Positions 36,440 through 46,260 of a stretch of DNA of 61,401 nt are shown one piece after another. Below the pieces are notes generated by a model. It saw only the letters and a list, made by a program, of their open reading frames with translations, was not told where the DNA came from and searched no databases. Each line of letters begins with the position of its first letter. The first letter of the stretch is position 1. Source of the stretch: a virus (Duplodnaviria > Caudoviricetes); the IMG/VR virus record IMGVR_UViG_3300047463_000183, positions 1 to 61,401 of that record; one strand, given 5' to 3'. Both the position numbers and the translations under genes were made by a program.

Positions 36440-37005
36440 GGGCTAACCTCAAACTGCATATTTTTTGCTCTGTATATTAAGGTAGAATTAAAGTATCCCG
36501 CTGTCATACTAACATCATAAGATGCAATACCAGAAGTAATTAAAGTTCCTGGATATGATTGTAAATAATAAGTAAATTGATTGTTATTTATAATTGTGCA
36601 TTTGTATGTTCCATTATATGACAGTGGAATTGTATTTTTAATAGTAATATTTACTATTGATCCAACCTTAAAACCATGATTAGTTGATGTTGTTATTGTT
36701 ACTGTATTTGATAACCAATTAACATTCGAAATGTAAATAGCCGAACCAGATGATACTAATGGTAAATAAAAAATAATACTACCCGATAAAGTTTCACATT
36801 GAACATAATATCTTTGTCCAAACAAGCACCAAGGAACACTTATATTATATTGATTTCCATCAAAATTTGGTTGAAAATTAAATGGAGGTGGACCTTGTGT
36901 TGTTGCAACGGGGTTCAATCCAAGAGGATTTAGACCAAGAAGAACAGAAGGAATTTGAGAGGACGGACCAGTAACTATGGGAGTGAATTGATAATACGTT
37001 GTCAT
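36436..37005 (-). CDS. Baseplate plug-like protein with FCCH-like insert
   Basis: F.FQPNFDG.QY...W..FGQRYY; NHGFKVG insert. Confidence 0.62.
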   Translation of the reverse strand: MTTYYQFTPIVTGPSSQIPSVLLGLNPLGLNPVATTQGPPPFNFQPNFDGNQYNISVPWCLFGQRYYVQCETLSGSIIFYLPLVSSGSAIYISNVNWLSNTVTITTSTNHGFKVGSIVNITIKNTIPLSYNGTYKCTIINNNQFTYYLQSYPGTLITSGIASYDVSMTAGYFNSTLIYRAKNMQFEVSP

Positions 37006-37008
37006 TTT

Positions 37009-37644
37009 TCACTGCCCAGGAACTTTAGTGACGGAACTATTGCTTACATTTTGCAAAAAATTGTTCAACGCCCCTTGAGCAGCTTGAAGAGAAACAAGAG
37101 GCTGAACAAAATCCCATTGCCATGTATTTTGCGGAATTGGATTAGCTCCAGAGCTGACGTCAGTCAATCCAGTTAATATCATGTTGGTGTAAATACTAGC
37201 TGGAGTGACAACGGTATATGTGCCACCTTGCCTTGCGTGTGTTTCAACGACAGCCTGCAACATCTCCATCGTCACTAATTTCGCCGTATGACCTCCAGGG
37301 CTTTTTACAGGTATACTCATTTTCATTGATAATGTCAAAGGTTCTGCAATTATAGCATTTGCTGCTACAGACTGATTTGCAAAAGGATATTGTCCTATTG
37401 AATATTTAGCTATAGTTCCGCCAGGAACTGGCGTAAAATGAGCAAAAAAATTATCAAGATTGAATGAATCACTGCCTGACAATATGTTGGCCACAAAATT
37501 AGCAGCCTCAGTTATAAATACAATTGGAAGATAACCCTCTATTCCAAAATTAGAGGCTATTCCATTTGTGAATATGATTGGAGAGCATTGAAAACCAAGT
37601 TGATATACAACTCGCCCAAATGTGTTTAAAACACTTCCGCTCAT
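37009..37644 (-). CDS. Baseplate/tail tube initiator protein
   Basis: YPFANQSVAANA, GGTYTVVTP..IYTN, WDFVQPL; directly after tape measure. Confidence 0.62.
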   Translation of the reverse strand: MSGSVLNTFGRVVYQLGFQCSPIIFTNGIASNFGIEGYLPIVFITEAANFVANILSGSDSFNLDNFFAHFTPVPGGTIAKYSIGQYPFANQSVAANAIIAEPLTLSMKMSIPVKSPGGHTAKLVTMEMLQAVVETHARQGGTYTVVTPASIYTNMILTGLTDVSSGANPIPQNTWQWDFVQPLVSLQAAQGALNNFLQNVSNSSVTKVPGQ

Positions 37645-37651
37645 AAATCAC

Positions 37652-39511
37652 CTAAGAATTGTAACGAGCTGTTGATCTTTGTTTAAGCTGGTTGGCATTT
37701 ATTACTGTGTTTGATCCAGGCTCTTGATAAACATGAACATTGACATCAACATTGGAATATCCACTTCCATATTGAGATCCACCGCCAAATACTTTAGCAA
37801 TATATTGAGCTGTTTCTTGCGGCAAGAAATCCCTCCACCTTGCCCCATGCTCACGAATGTCTCTTTGAAGATTTCCCTGACCCCAGTTGTAAGCGGCTAC
37901 AGCTTTTTCAGGATCTCCTCCAAACATAGCGAGAAGATCCGAATAATATCTAGCCGCAGCGTTTGCTGATTGAACAAGGTCATAAGGATTTTGCAATCCA
38001 TACTGACGCGCGGTTCCTGGCATAAATTGGAAATGACCCATAGCGCCAGCAGATGACATCATGCTAGCACCCCTTCCGCTTTCCGCAGACCAGACGCTAT
38101 CCAGCAATCCAGTCGGCAAGCCATATTGAGATTCCAGAGATGAGAACAAACCTCTACTATAAGAAGTTCCCCCAGGAGTTCCGCTTATTCCCCTATAAGA
38201 GGTTTGATGAAGAAGTCCGGGGAATAGTGAATTTTTATAAATATCATCAGATCTTTTTAAGAATCCATTAAACCAATCCATAAATGGAGTGGGTTTATCA
38301 GACTCAGAATTACCTTCATATTGTTTTCTTATTTCTTCTTCACTTTTTGCAACTTCTTCTTGAGATGGAAACCATTTTGATAGCCAAGAGGCAAATCTTC
38401 CAAGACCCTTAATTACTTCTCCCATTTCTTTGACGTATTCTTTTATTATATCTTTAGTTTCTGGTTTTTTTAGATCTTCAGACAAAGAGTGAATCCAATC
38501 AGAAAATTCATGAATACCACTCTTAAAATCAGGGCTAGAAAATATAGTTTCAGATAAATCTGCAAAAGAATAAGCTACTTCACTTATAGATAAAGCTAAT
38601 GGAGATAATCCCTTTACAAAAGTATTTTCTATTTTAGATGCAGCTTTATTCATGTTTTCCATGAAGTTAGCCCAAGGCTCAGTCTCTTTTGCGGAAAGAG
38701 AAAGATCACGCACTGCCCCAGGATATTTTTTTCCTAACTGCTCTAATTCTCCAGTTCTTCTCAAAAATTCAAGTTGCCTCGCGACATTTACATTGATTCC
38801 AAGATCTGTGAAACCAAGAGCCTGAAGCTGAGATCCTCTCAATCCAGTAGGTATGGCAGAAATTCTCGCGGCCGATCTTGATAAAACTTCAGGGAGAAGT
38901 TCAGCTGCATTTTTGCTTTCAATCTCTTCTCTTGAAAATCCAAGCTGTTGCAGCTTCCAGTAATTTCTTACATCTCCTTGAATTGCTGCAATTGAACTTA
39001 AAATATTAGATGCACCAGGAAGTCTTGTTCCATAAGTGGTTTCTGCTGCTTTCAACTCGCCAGGGGCGACGCCCAAACCTATAGCAGTCGCCCTTTGACC
39101 GGAGGCAGAGCTTCCGAGCCTTTCCAAACCGGAAAATGTGAAATATCCAGCCAGCCCCGTGAAGACGCTGGTCAAGCCAGCCCACTTCATAAGAGACATG
39201 GTGGTGCTTTTTATGCTTAAATCAAACTGGCGGGCAGTTCGATTTAGCTTAACCATTTGTATTTCTGTTTTAGAAAATTCTAATGTTATCTTTTTTTGAT
39301 TTTCAATTATATCTTTGTTTATTTTAGCCAAATCAATCATAGATTTGGACATGTTTGTCAGAGAATCTGCCGTTTCTTTTAAAGCAGATCCAGATTCGTT
39401 CCATAATGCAGGTAAATTTTCAAGCTCCTGCTTGTATTCTAAGAATTTTTCATAGAACGAAGTAAACGCGCTATCGTTAACTTCAATGTCAATTACAGAT
39501 TTTACGGCCAT
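37652..39511 (-). CDS. Tape measure protein with C-terminal lytic transglycosylase (SLT) domain
   Basis: Helical N-terminus; AESG, GAMGHFQFMPGTA, AAYNWG.GN, ET.QYI. Confidence 0.88.
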   Translation of the reverse strand: MAVKSVIDIEVNDSAFTSFYEKFLEYKQELENLPALWNESGSALKETADSLTNMSKSMIDLAKINKDIIENQKKITLEFSKTEIQMVKLNRTARQFDLSIKSTTMSLMKWAGLTSVFTGLAGYFTFSGLERLGSSASGQRATAIGLGVAPGELKAAETTYGTRLPGASNILSSIAAIQGDVRNYWKLQQLGFSREEIESKNAAELLPEVLSRSAARISAIPTGLRGSQLQALGFTDLGINVNVARQLEFLRRTGELEQLGKKYPGAVRDLSLSAKETEPWANFMENMNKAASKIENTFVKGLSPLALSISEVAYSFADLSETIFSSPDFKSGIHEFSDWIHSLSEDLKKPETKDIIKEYVKEMGEVIKGLGRFASWLSKWFPSQEEVAKSEEEIRKQYEGNSESDKPTPFMDWFNGFLKRSDDIYKNSLFPGLLHQTSYRGISGTPGGTSYSRGLFSSLESQYGLPTGLLDSVWSAESGRGASMMSSAGAMGHFQFMPGTARQYGLQNPYDLVQSANAAARYYSDLLAMFGGDPEKAVAAYNWGQGNLQRDIREHGARWRDFLPQETAQYIAKVFGGGSQYGSGYSNVDVNVHVYQEPGSNTVINANQLKQRSTARYNS

Positions 39512-39826
39512 TTATACCATCCCAATCTGTCTGATTGACTTTATTATATAACGATTTCTATATTCATGAGAATTTTGCCATTCCCAATCAAGAGAAATAT
39601 TTGAAAAAAAAGCATAAAATCCTTCATTCATCAACCAGTCTAATACGCAACTGATGATGTTTTCTCCGAATCTATGAAAGTTGGAGCATCTGTCGACGTC
39701 TGCAAAGAACCTACGAACTCCATAAAGTTCAAGGACGTTATTTGCGATCCCCATAACCGCATTCTTTCCAAGACTGGAGGAAGTTCCGTCTTCCTTGACA
39801 TTGCAGAGACGCATATAAAAAAACAA
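39512..39826 (-). CDS. Probable -1 frameshift extension of tail assembly chaperone
   Basis: Open -1 frame overlapping the chaperone and ending 1 nt before the tape measure start. Confidence 0.45.
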   Translation of the reverse strand: MFFYMRLCNVKEDGTSSSLGKNAVMGIANNVLELYGVRRFFADVDRCSNFHRFGENIISCVLDWLMNEGFYAFFSNISLDWEWQNSHEYRNRYIIKSIRQIGMV

Positions 39827-40212
39827 ATCAATCCTTCCACCTCGTCGATGTCAGATTGATTCATCATTTTTTTATCAATAACATCTTGAAAGGGAAATGT
39901 TTGCCATCCTTTGTCAGATGGCATGACGACATTGGAGAGACGGCGAATTTCAGCCATCAATCCCATTTCAATGCCGTCCCGGCCTTCCCAGACGCCCTGA
40001 TCCATTGCGATCTTCTTCAGCATCATGGCTGCCACACGCGGGCCAGAAACGAAGCTAAGACCTTCAGAAATCAGAGATGAAAAAGTCTTTCCGATAATCA
40101 GAAAGTATTTTTCAAAAACTTCTCTGGAAATTGGCGTGCTGTGAACGTAGAAAGTTGATCCATCATCAGCCTCTACTTCAACAACCAAGTTCAGCTTATT
40201 ATCAAGCCGCAT
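39640..40212 (-). CDS. Tail assembly chaperone
   Basis: Position between tube and tape measure; GAGAGG RBS. Confidence 0.65.
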   Translation of the reverse strand: MRLDNKLNLVVEVEADDGSTFYVHSTPISREVFEKYFLIIGKTFSSLISEGLSFVSGPRVAAMMLKKIAMDQGVWEGRDGIEMGLMAEIRRLSNVVMPSDKGWQTFPFQDVIDKKMMNQSDIDEVEGLICFFICVSAMSRKTELPPVLERMRLWGSQITSLNFMEFVGSLQTSTDAPTFIDSEKTSSVAY

Positions 40213-40233
40213 ATTTTCCTCTCACGGTAAAGT

Positions 40234-40255
40234 AGGGCTGGTTGCTGCCAGCCCT
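40234..40255 (-). terminator. Hairpin after tail tube gene (possible weak terminator)
   Basis: AGGGCTGG-N6-CCAGCCCT followed by ACTTT on the minus strand. Confidence 0.4.
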
Positions 40256-40260
40256 TGATA

Positions 40261-40719
40261 TTAAACCAAATTCCAAAGGCTGGAGTTGATCTGATAGTAG
40301 CCCTTCAGAGTCACAACGTAACCAGCATCTTCACCAGCAAAATTCAATTCACGCACGTTGTCAATCGCGCAGTTATTGAACGTGTAGTTCGGAAGAGTAC
40401 TGGTGTCGGTCGTGATCGTGATATCGCCAATCAAGCTCAACACCTGCCGTTGCGCTTCCCATTGAGCGGCGAGAGACTGCGTTTTCAGCAGAGAAACCGT
40501 CACCGTGATCATCTGGTAAGGCATCGGAGACTGAACCGTGCCCGTCATCGTCGGGATCATGGTCGTCGTCTCGCCTTCGAACGCGATGCTGATACCACCG
40601 CGTCCCAGGTAGGGCGCGGTGACATTCAGGTTGGAGTAGCTAGGGATAACCACGCTACCACGAAGGCGATTAAGCGTCCCCTGAGTGACGTTGGGATTGT
40701 TACCCGTTGTTCCGGACAT
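40261..40719 (-). CDS. Tail tube protein
   Basis: 152 aa after sheath; QGTLNRLRGSV, TMTGTVQSP.PY. Confidence 0.75.
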   Translation of the reverse strand: MSGTTGNNPNVTQGTLNRLRGSVVIPSYSNLNVTAPYLGRGGISIAFEGETTTMIPTMTGTVQSPMPYQMITVTVSLLKTQSLAAQWEAQRQVLSLIGDITITTDTSTLPNYTFNNCAIDNVRELNFAGEDAGYVVTLKGYYQINSSLWNLV

Positions 40720-40731
40720 CTGATGCTCCTA

Positions 40732-42345
40732 TCAAATCGCTGCCGGGAACGCGGATACGTTCACGTAGAACACAATCTGCGTAAAGCCGCGCTGCGGGGT
40801 GTAAGTCACTGACAAACCACGATAGATGCCAGAGGTGTAATCCGTCGGGTTCTGAGTGACATATGTCACGAACGGAACAGCGTTCACTGCAACCGGACCA
40901 AGGACCAATCCAAAAGAGACGCCGGTAGACATCACGCTTTGAGCAACACCCTGAAGGCGATTGATGCCATTCTGATTGTAGTAAAGTGGATTTTGAGCGT
41001 TATTGGACCCGTTGATGATAGCAGCGGAGATAGCCTGATTCGCCGTGATCTGGACCCAATCCACCGAATACCAGTAGGTGAAATCGTGACCATCTTCCGT
41101 GGTTCCCCACAGAATAATGGTGGCGCTAATTCCACCCTCGGCACCAGTTCCAATTACATTGGTATTAGATGCTTTCAGCGTTGTGAGTAGAGACCCCTGG
41201 CCTCTGGTCGGGAATGGCGTTACTCCATAAACGTAACCGAAAGCAAAAGGCGTCACGAGATTAGCGGCAGACGGCGCGTAACTGAGCAGTCGCCAGAAAG
41301 CCGAGACAACACTGAACTCAGTCGACGGAATACCAGCGTTGGCATACAGACTGGCCTGTAGCGTGCCCAGGATGGTGTCTGTGCCAGGGTTGGCTGGCAC
41401 GGCATAGATCAGCGTGTTGCCCGTCGTTCCCGGCAAAGCCTGATACGTGCCGTTGTATCCGGTCGGCGTGCAGCCATTGATCGTGAACCAGTTGCCAACA
41501 GCCACACCATGCGACGTCGTGGTGGTCGCGGTGACATAGCCAGTGGTGCTGGAGTAGCTGATCGCCGTCAGCGCATTGGCATTATAAGTGCCATACGAAG
41601 GAGACTCGATCATGGTAAACGCGCACTTCATCAGGTTCGAGTAGTTCTGATAAGTAGCGAGCGTCGTCGTGATAAAGAAGTAGGTCTGCGATGTCGTGCT
41701 TTCGTAGTTGGCCAAGAAAGCCAAAAAAGCAGGATTCGCATCCCATTCACGGGGAACAACATAAGCGTAGAAGTAACCAACAGCACCAGCCGTGTAGTTG
41801 CTGTTGGGATTCTGCGAAATGTAGTTCTGAAGGTTGGTAACGCTGGTTGCGACGGGAGCAGCGCCAAGCTCAAGGACGTAGCACGAAAGGCTCGAACCTT
41901 GAGCGAAGAACGTATTCACCATCGCCTGAAGTTCGCCGACATCTTCCTGGGTGAAGACGCCGCCGGACGAAGTTCCAGGAGAAGTCGCCGCGATCAATTC
42001 AAACGTAAACGCGGTCGTCGTAGTGATGGTGCAGAGCCAGTTACCATTGTAGACCGACACACCAGCGCCAGCGATGGTCAGATAGTATTGCTGGCCAATC
42101 GTCAGACCGTGAGGTGATACTGCATTCACGGTCGCGACGTTCGCCGACCAAGTGATGCCGGTCGGCGCAGCAATGGCAGCAGAGCCAGCCAAAACAGTGG
42201 CCAGATCAGACACTTGGGTAAGCAGCTTAATGGAACCAGCGGCAAGATTCGTCGCACCCGTGCTAACCAGTGCGCCGGACTGTTGCAGAGTGGCGGGGAT
42301 GGACCCCACCGTCTGCGTCACGTTTACTGTTACGATATTAGGCAT
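40732..42345 (-). CDS. Tail sheath protein (DUF3383-like) with two FCCH-like inserts
   Basis: NIVTVNVTQ, YWYSVDWVQ, PLYYNQNGI..L, Y.GLSVTYTP.RGF. Confidence 0.82.
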   Translation of the reverse strand: MPNIVTVNVTQTVGSIPATLQQSGALVSTGATNLAAGSIKLLTQVSDLATVLAGSAAIAAPTGITWSANVATVNAVSPHGLTIGQQYYLTIAGAGVSVYNGNWLCTITTTTAFTFELIAATSPGTSSGGVFTQEDVGELQAMVNTFFAQGSSLSCYVLELGAAPVATSVTNLQNYISQNPNSNYTAGAVGYFYAYVVPREWDANPAFLAFLANYESTTSQTYFFITTTLATYQNYSNLMKCAFTMIESPSYGTYNANALTAISYSSTTGYVTATTTTSHGVAVGNWFTINGCTPTGYNGTYQALPGTTGNTLIYAVPANPGTDTILGTLQASLYANAGIPSTEFSVVSAFWRLLSYAPSAANLVTPFAFGYVYGVTPFPTRGQGSLLTTLKASNTNVIGTGAEGGISATIILWGTTEDGHDFTYWYSVDWVQITANQAISAAIINGSNNAQNPLYYNQNGINRLQGVAQSVMSTGVSFGLVLGPVAVNAVPFVTYVTQNPTDYTSGIYRGLSVTYTPQRGFTQIVFYVNVSAFPAAI

Positions 42346-42384
42346 AAAACGCTCCGACGTTCAGGGACGGGTGCGACAAAACGA

Positions 42385-42747
42385 TTAGCGGTAGCTGACC
42401 GAAACCACCTGAGCCGCACCGGGCGCAACCACGATGCCGTTGGTCACCGGGAAGTCCAGCGTGTAAATGCCGACCGCAGCCGGGATCACAGCCACCAGAG
42501 AAGCGGCACCCGTGCCACTGGTCGAGTTGTAGTCATAGACGGCACCAGCGGCGCCAGCGGTGGTCACCGAGATCTTGCCGATGTAACCAGACGACGCCTT
42601 CACGACGGTCGCGGCGGTGACGTTCAGCAAGGTGGACTCAGAGTTCTGATTGTCAGCGACGATCAGAGCGCCGCTGGCATCGACCTGAAGCGGCTTGGCA
42701 ACGCCGCTGTTTACGGCGGGATAGACCTGGAACGGAGACTGCGGCAT
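42385..42747 (-). CDS. Virion structural protein, unknown
   Basis: 120 aa beta-rich ORF with AGGAG RBS inside the structural operon. Confidence 0.6.
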   Translation of the reverse strand: MPQSPFQVYPAVNSGVAKPLQVDASGALIVADNQNSESTLLNVTAATVVKASSGYIGKISVTTAGAAGAVYDYNSTSGTGAASLVAVIPAAVGIYTLDFPVTNGIVVAPGAAQVVSVSYR

Positions 42748-42770
42748 TGGATAACTCCTTGTTAAACCGG

Positions 42771-43709
42771 TTAAGACACAGTGTAATTGACGAAAGCCTG
42801 TTCAATTAACTGCCTTGCTACATCGTTAATGCGAGTTTGGTAGTAACTCACATCATACTCGATGACTTTCTTCATCGCGATTGCTTGCAACTCAGGTTGA
42901 GCGCGTTTATCATCGCGAACAATCGGCATATTCATTATGCCGAAAGCATCTGTATTCAGACTATATTGGTTTACCGTATCAACAAAATCCAAAACAGTCT
43001 GATTATCAACGCCATACAAAACAATTCGAACGCGATCAGTAGCCAACTGATAGTGAGAAGCATTCGACGATAAGCGCGGAAATGCTTGAATCGCTCTTGT
43101 TTCTCCGGGTTCAATTTGAATTGTTCCGTATGGAGGGTAAATGTTACTTGGAGACAAATACGATGGATATAGTTGCAATTCTGGATTTGCACCAGTGAGA
43201 TAGAACGGACTGTATGTTTGAATTGCGAGCCAAGCTGGCAGGCTATTAGAAACAATCAGTCTTGTCGGAGGAATATCGTAAAGATTAGTGACAAGCTGAG
43301 AACTCAACGCGGAATAAACAGCATGTCCACCGTAGTGATACAGACCAGCTTGTTCGTAGAACATACCACGCTGGCCAAACGCGAAGCGTATTCCGTCGTA
43401 TGTGGCTATCCACAAAACTTGCTGATTGATCGTATTCAGTTCCGTGACCGGCTGCGTTGTCGTGAAAACAACTTGATTGATTGTGATTGTTTCGTCTTCA
43501 TTGACCACCATCTCGGTGGAGTAGTGCAGAGATCCCTGAACCGTGATCTGTTCACCGGCAAGCCAAAAAACGAAACCATCGAGTGGAAGGATACGTTTGA
43601 CATATTTGGTGAATGTGAGTGTCTGAGACGCTGATAGCTGGACGAGTCCACTTTCAAGAACCGCTTTGAGCTGCGGCCCAGCCATCATGCTCTCTTGGAC
43701 ATTGGCCAT
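42771..43709 (-). CDS. Neck/tail completion protein
   Basis: LPLDGFVFW, GSLHY, YEQAGLYHY.G; position before sheath. Confidence 0.65.
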   Translation of the reverse strand: MANVQESMMAGPQLKAVLESGLVQLSASQTLTFTKYVKRILPLDGFVFWLAGEQITVQGSLHYSTEMVVNEDETITINQVVFTTTQPVTELNTINQQVLWIATYDGIRFAFGQRGMFYEQAGLYHYGGHAVYSALSSQLVTNLYDIPPTRLIVSNSLPAWLAIQTYSPFYLTGANPELQLYPSYLSPSNIYPPYGTIQIEPGETRAIQAFPRLSSNASHYQLATDRVRIVLYGVDNQTVLDFVDTVNQYSLNTDAFGIMNMPIVRDDKRAQPELQAIAMKKVIEYDVSYYQTRINDVARQLIEQAFVNYTVS

Positions 43710-44221
43710 CAGTCAACCCAAGCCTTGAATGATGCTTGATAAAGACCAGTGTCAATGAACGAAGGGCGCGGTGGATTTTGAACGAATATTTTATTTGCAC
43801 CTCGTCCAACAGTTCGACCGTAGGGGTTTTTATAGCGATGACGAACACCCAATTGCGCCGCTTTTGTCGGAACGCCAGAAATTCCTACTGCCTCGACCTC
43901 TTGAGACGAGAGAAAATTTTTGAATTTGGCTTCTATGTCTGATGTGGCGGCGGAGTAGTTCGACTGGCCAACATTACCGCCCATAGCCATCGTTTCGAAC
44001 GCGCCTTTCAGAGAGTTTTCAATATCACGACCAATGTCATCTGAATATGCTTTTATAAAAGCGTCCATGATACCATATCGACGCTCAAGATCTTCAGCGA
44101 CTTCTCCGGTTGTGATATTTTCGTATTCGTTAGAGTGAGCGGCGCTTGGTTTATTTCCCTTAAATCCTTTATCGGGATTGTTGTAGGGCATATCAATTAC
44201 GCCAAGATGGAGTGTTGTCAT
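43709..44221 (-). CDS. Neck/tail completion protein
   Basis: LHLGVID.PY, PRPSFIDTGLYQASF. Confidence 0.65.
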   Translation of the reverse strand: MTTLHLGVIDMPYNNPDKGFKGNKPSAAHSNEYENITTGEVAEDLERRYGIMDAFIKAYSDDIGRDIENSLKGAFETMAMGGNVGQSNYSAATSDIEAKFKNFLSSQEVEAVGISGVPTKAAQLGVRHRYKNPYGRTVGRGANKIFVQNPPRPSFIDTGLYQASFKAWVD

Positions 44222-44682
44222 GACAAACCCCACAAAGTTCCGTAACGCTGCGCGATAGCGAGATAAGCACGACCCCAGGGCGTCTTCAGGTTTTGAAGAT
44301 CAGCAATCGTCAGATTTTTCAGAGAATCAGGAACAGCAAGACTGTCGCTTGTATTCTGATCCGCAGCGGTCGTGACAACGCCAGCCGTGAAAGCGTTCAG
44401 GTTAAGGCTGGCGCGAAGGTCGGCGAAATAGGTGCGCCCAGGTTGATCTGGGGCATAGTTGACCAGATTATCACCAGCCAGATTGTAGACAGCCAACTCA
44501 TACAGCGAAGTGGCTGGAACAGTTCCATAAGCCGTCGCGACGGTCGCCAGATCGGGATTGACGATCATCATGGCGACCTGAAAGGCCCAACCGATCACGG
44601 GGCTGTTCGTCGGCAACACCAGGGGGTCGATCCCCATGACATTGTATATGAAAGACTGAAACCCCGTGACCGTTGGAAGCAT
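44218..44682 (-). CDS. Head-tail adaptor (DUF4054-like)
   Basis: AVYNLA, KTPWGRAYLAIA. Confidence 0.68.
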   Translation of the reverse strand: MLPTVTGFQSFIYNVMGIDPLVLPTNSPVIGWAFQVAMMIVNPDLATVATAYGTVPATSLYELAVYNLAGDNLVNYAPDQPGRTYFADLRASLNLNAFTAGVVTTAADQNTSDSLAVPDSLKNLTIADLQNLKTPWGRAYLAIAQRYGTLWGLS

Positions 44683-44683
44683 A

Positions 44684-45205
44684 TCAGGTCTTTCTGGATC
44701 GCCCACGTCGGGTAGGCGGCGGAATGGAGTTGTCGATCTGCTGACCGACGGTGACGATTTCGTTCAACCCAGGCTCATCTCTACCATTCTGCTGAACGAT
44801 TTCCAACTCCAACGATTCGACTTTCGCGGCACCCTCAGTCGCCTGTTCAAGCGCCGTGTGCAGTGCTGCGGCGGACAGTTGGCGGGCTTCCTCACTCGCC
44901 TTGGTCAGCACGGTGGAATTGTGCTCATCGGCATACATGATCTTTTCGACTTTGATAGGCTTGTCGATAGAGTAGCAAACTCCGACGAACGGTTTCCGGC
45001 GATCAATTTCCGAAACATCGACCAGCCCGTATCTGACGTGCTGGTCGATGATCGAACGAATGACTTCCGGCTGTGCATTCGGCTGATAAACCGTGATCTG
45101 TCCTCCGGGAGCAATTTGCTGACGACGGACAGAGGTTTCTTCAGGAATGCGGTAGATGAAGTCGTGCCTCTGCTTGCTGGCATTGGCGACGTATAGAGTC
45201 GGCAT
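44684..45205 (-). CDS. Hypothetical protein following capsid gene
   Basis: 173 aa; AGAGAGGG RBS. Confidence 0.65.
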   Translation of the reverse strand: MPTLYVANASKQRHDFIYRIPEETSVRRQQIAPGGQITVYQPNAQPEVIRSIIDQHVRYGLVDVSEIDRRKPFVGVCYSIDKPIKVEKIMYADEHNSTVLTKASEEARQLSAAALHTALEQATEGAAKVESLELEIVQQNGRDEPGLNEIVTVGQQIDNSIPPPTRRGRSRKT

Positions 45206-45225
45206 AAATCCCTCTCTGGTTTGTA

Positions 45226-46248
45226 TTACTGATACTGCATCGACAGGATCGAAATCGCTTCAGGGCGAACACCCCAACCCGACGTGATCCGCAGTTCAGA
45301 CAGGACGTCAATCGCGCCACCGGCAAGCGGGGTCGGGATTTCACGTGGAGCCGCCATGTCGCAATATTGCAGCGTGCAAGCCGCCAGACCGGGGGACAGG
45401 TCAGCGAACACGTTGGTGTTGATGCGGCCATGCTTGGGCTTCTGAACCTCGGGCATGATCACGAGAACGGCGTCGGTGCCACCGGCACCCTTACCGATCA
45501 GCGTGTCGTCATAGCACCACAGGATCTCGTCCTCGTTCATTTCACCGACGGCCTTGACGACGCCAGCGGTCGACAGAGAACCGGCGCCCGCGCGCTGGAA
45601 CTGGGTCAACTGAACGATGTCCTGGTATTCCCAGGTACCCAGGACGCGCTGCGGCCCAAGGATGACGATGCGGTGGCCAATGCCAAGCTGCATCGTGCGG
45701 GTCTTCATCGCGCTGATCTGCGACAGCAGGAAGAACGCCATCTGGCCGTTGTCGTAGGTGACGACGGTGCTGTTGCCATTGCTATCAGCCGGGAGGCTGA
45801 CGGTGGTGGCACCAGAGGTGTTCAGCAGACCTTCGCCGTTCGCGCCGTTGAAGCCATACAGCAGCGCGGAACGCATGAGCTGGAAGTGACCCTGACGCAT
45901 GCCCAGACGCTGCGCTTCGACGATGCTCACGCCCCACTGCGACATGGCAGCGGTGTCGTGATGATCGTATTCAGCGCGAACGCGCTGAAGATAGGTCGGC
46001 GTGCTGATCTGCCGCGCGACGACGGAGACGGACGGAAGCGAATTGTATTCGCTCTGGCCAGCCGCCATCACGGTGCGGATGTCGAAAGCGTCGATGTAGA
46101 CATACAGGTCGCCTTCGCCCAGGCGCACCAGCGGGTTGCCACCCGCCAGAGCGTCGAACGCGCCGGAAGCCTGATTATACTGCAACAGCTTCGCAGGTTC
46201 CATGTAGTGCGGGGAAACCATTACCCGCGACGGAGTGATATTCGCCAT
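45226..46248 (-). CDS. Major capsid protein (DUF2184/linocin-like HK97 fold)
   Basis: 340 aa; LYG......GLLN, GKGAGGTD, SGWGVRPEA; position after scaffold and decoration genes; strong codon bias. Confidence 0.85.
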   Translation of the reverse strand: MANITPSRVMVSPHYMEPAKLLQYNQASGAFDALAGGNPLVRLGEGDLYVYIDAFDIRTVMAAGQSEYNSLPSVSVVARQISTPTYLQRVRAEYDHHDTAAMSQWGVSIVEAQRLGMRQGHFQLMRSALLYGFNGANGEGLLNTSGATTVSLPADSNGNSTVVTYDNGQMAFFLLSQISAMKTRTMQLGIGHRIVILGPQRVLGTWEYQDIVQLTQFQRAGAGSLSTAGVVKAVGEMNEDEILWCYDDTLIGKGAGGTDAVLVIMPEVQKPKHGRINTNVFADLSPGLAACTLQYCDMAAPREIPTPLAGGAIDVLSELRITSGWGVRPEAISILSMQYQ

Positions 46249-46260
46249 ATTCGCGGCTCC

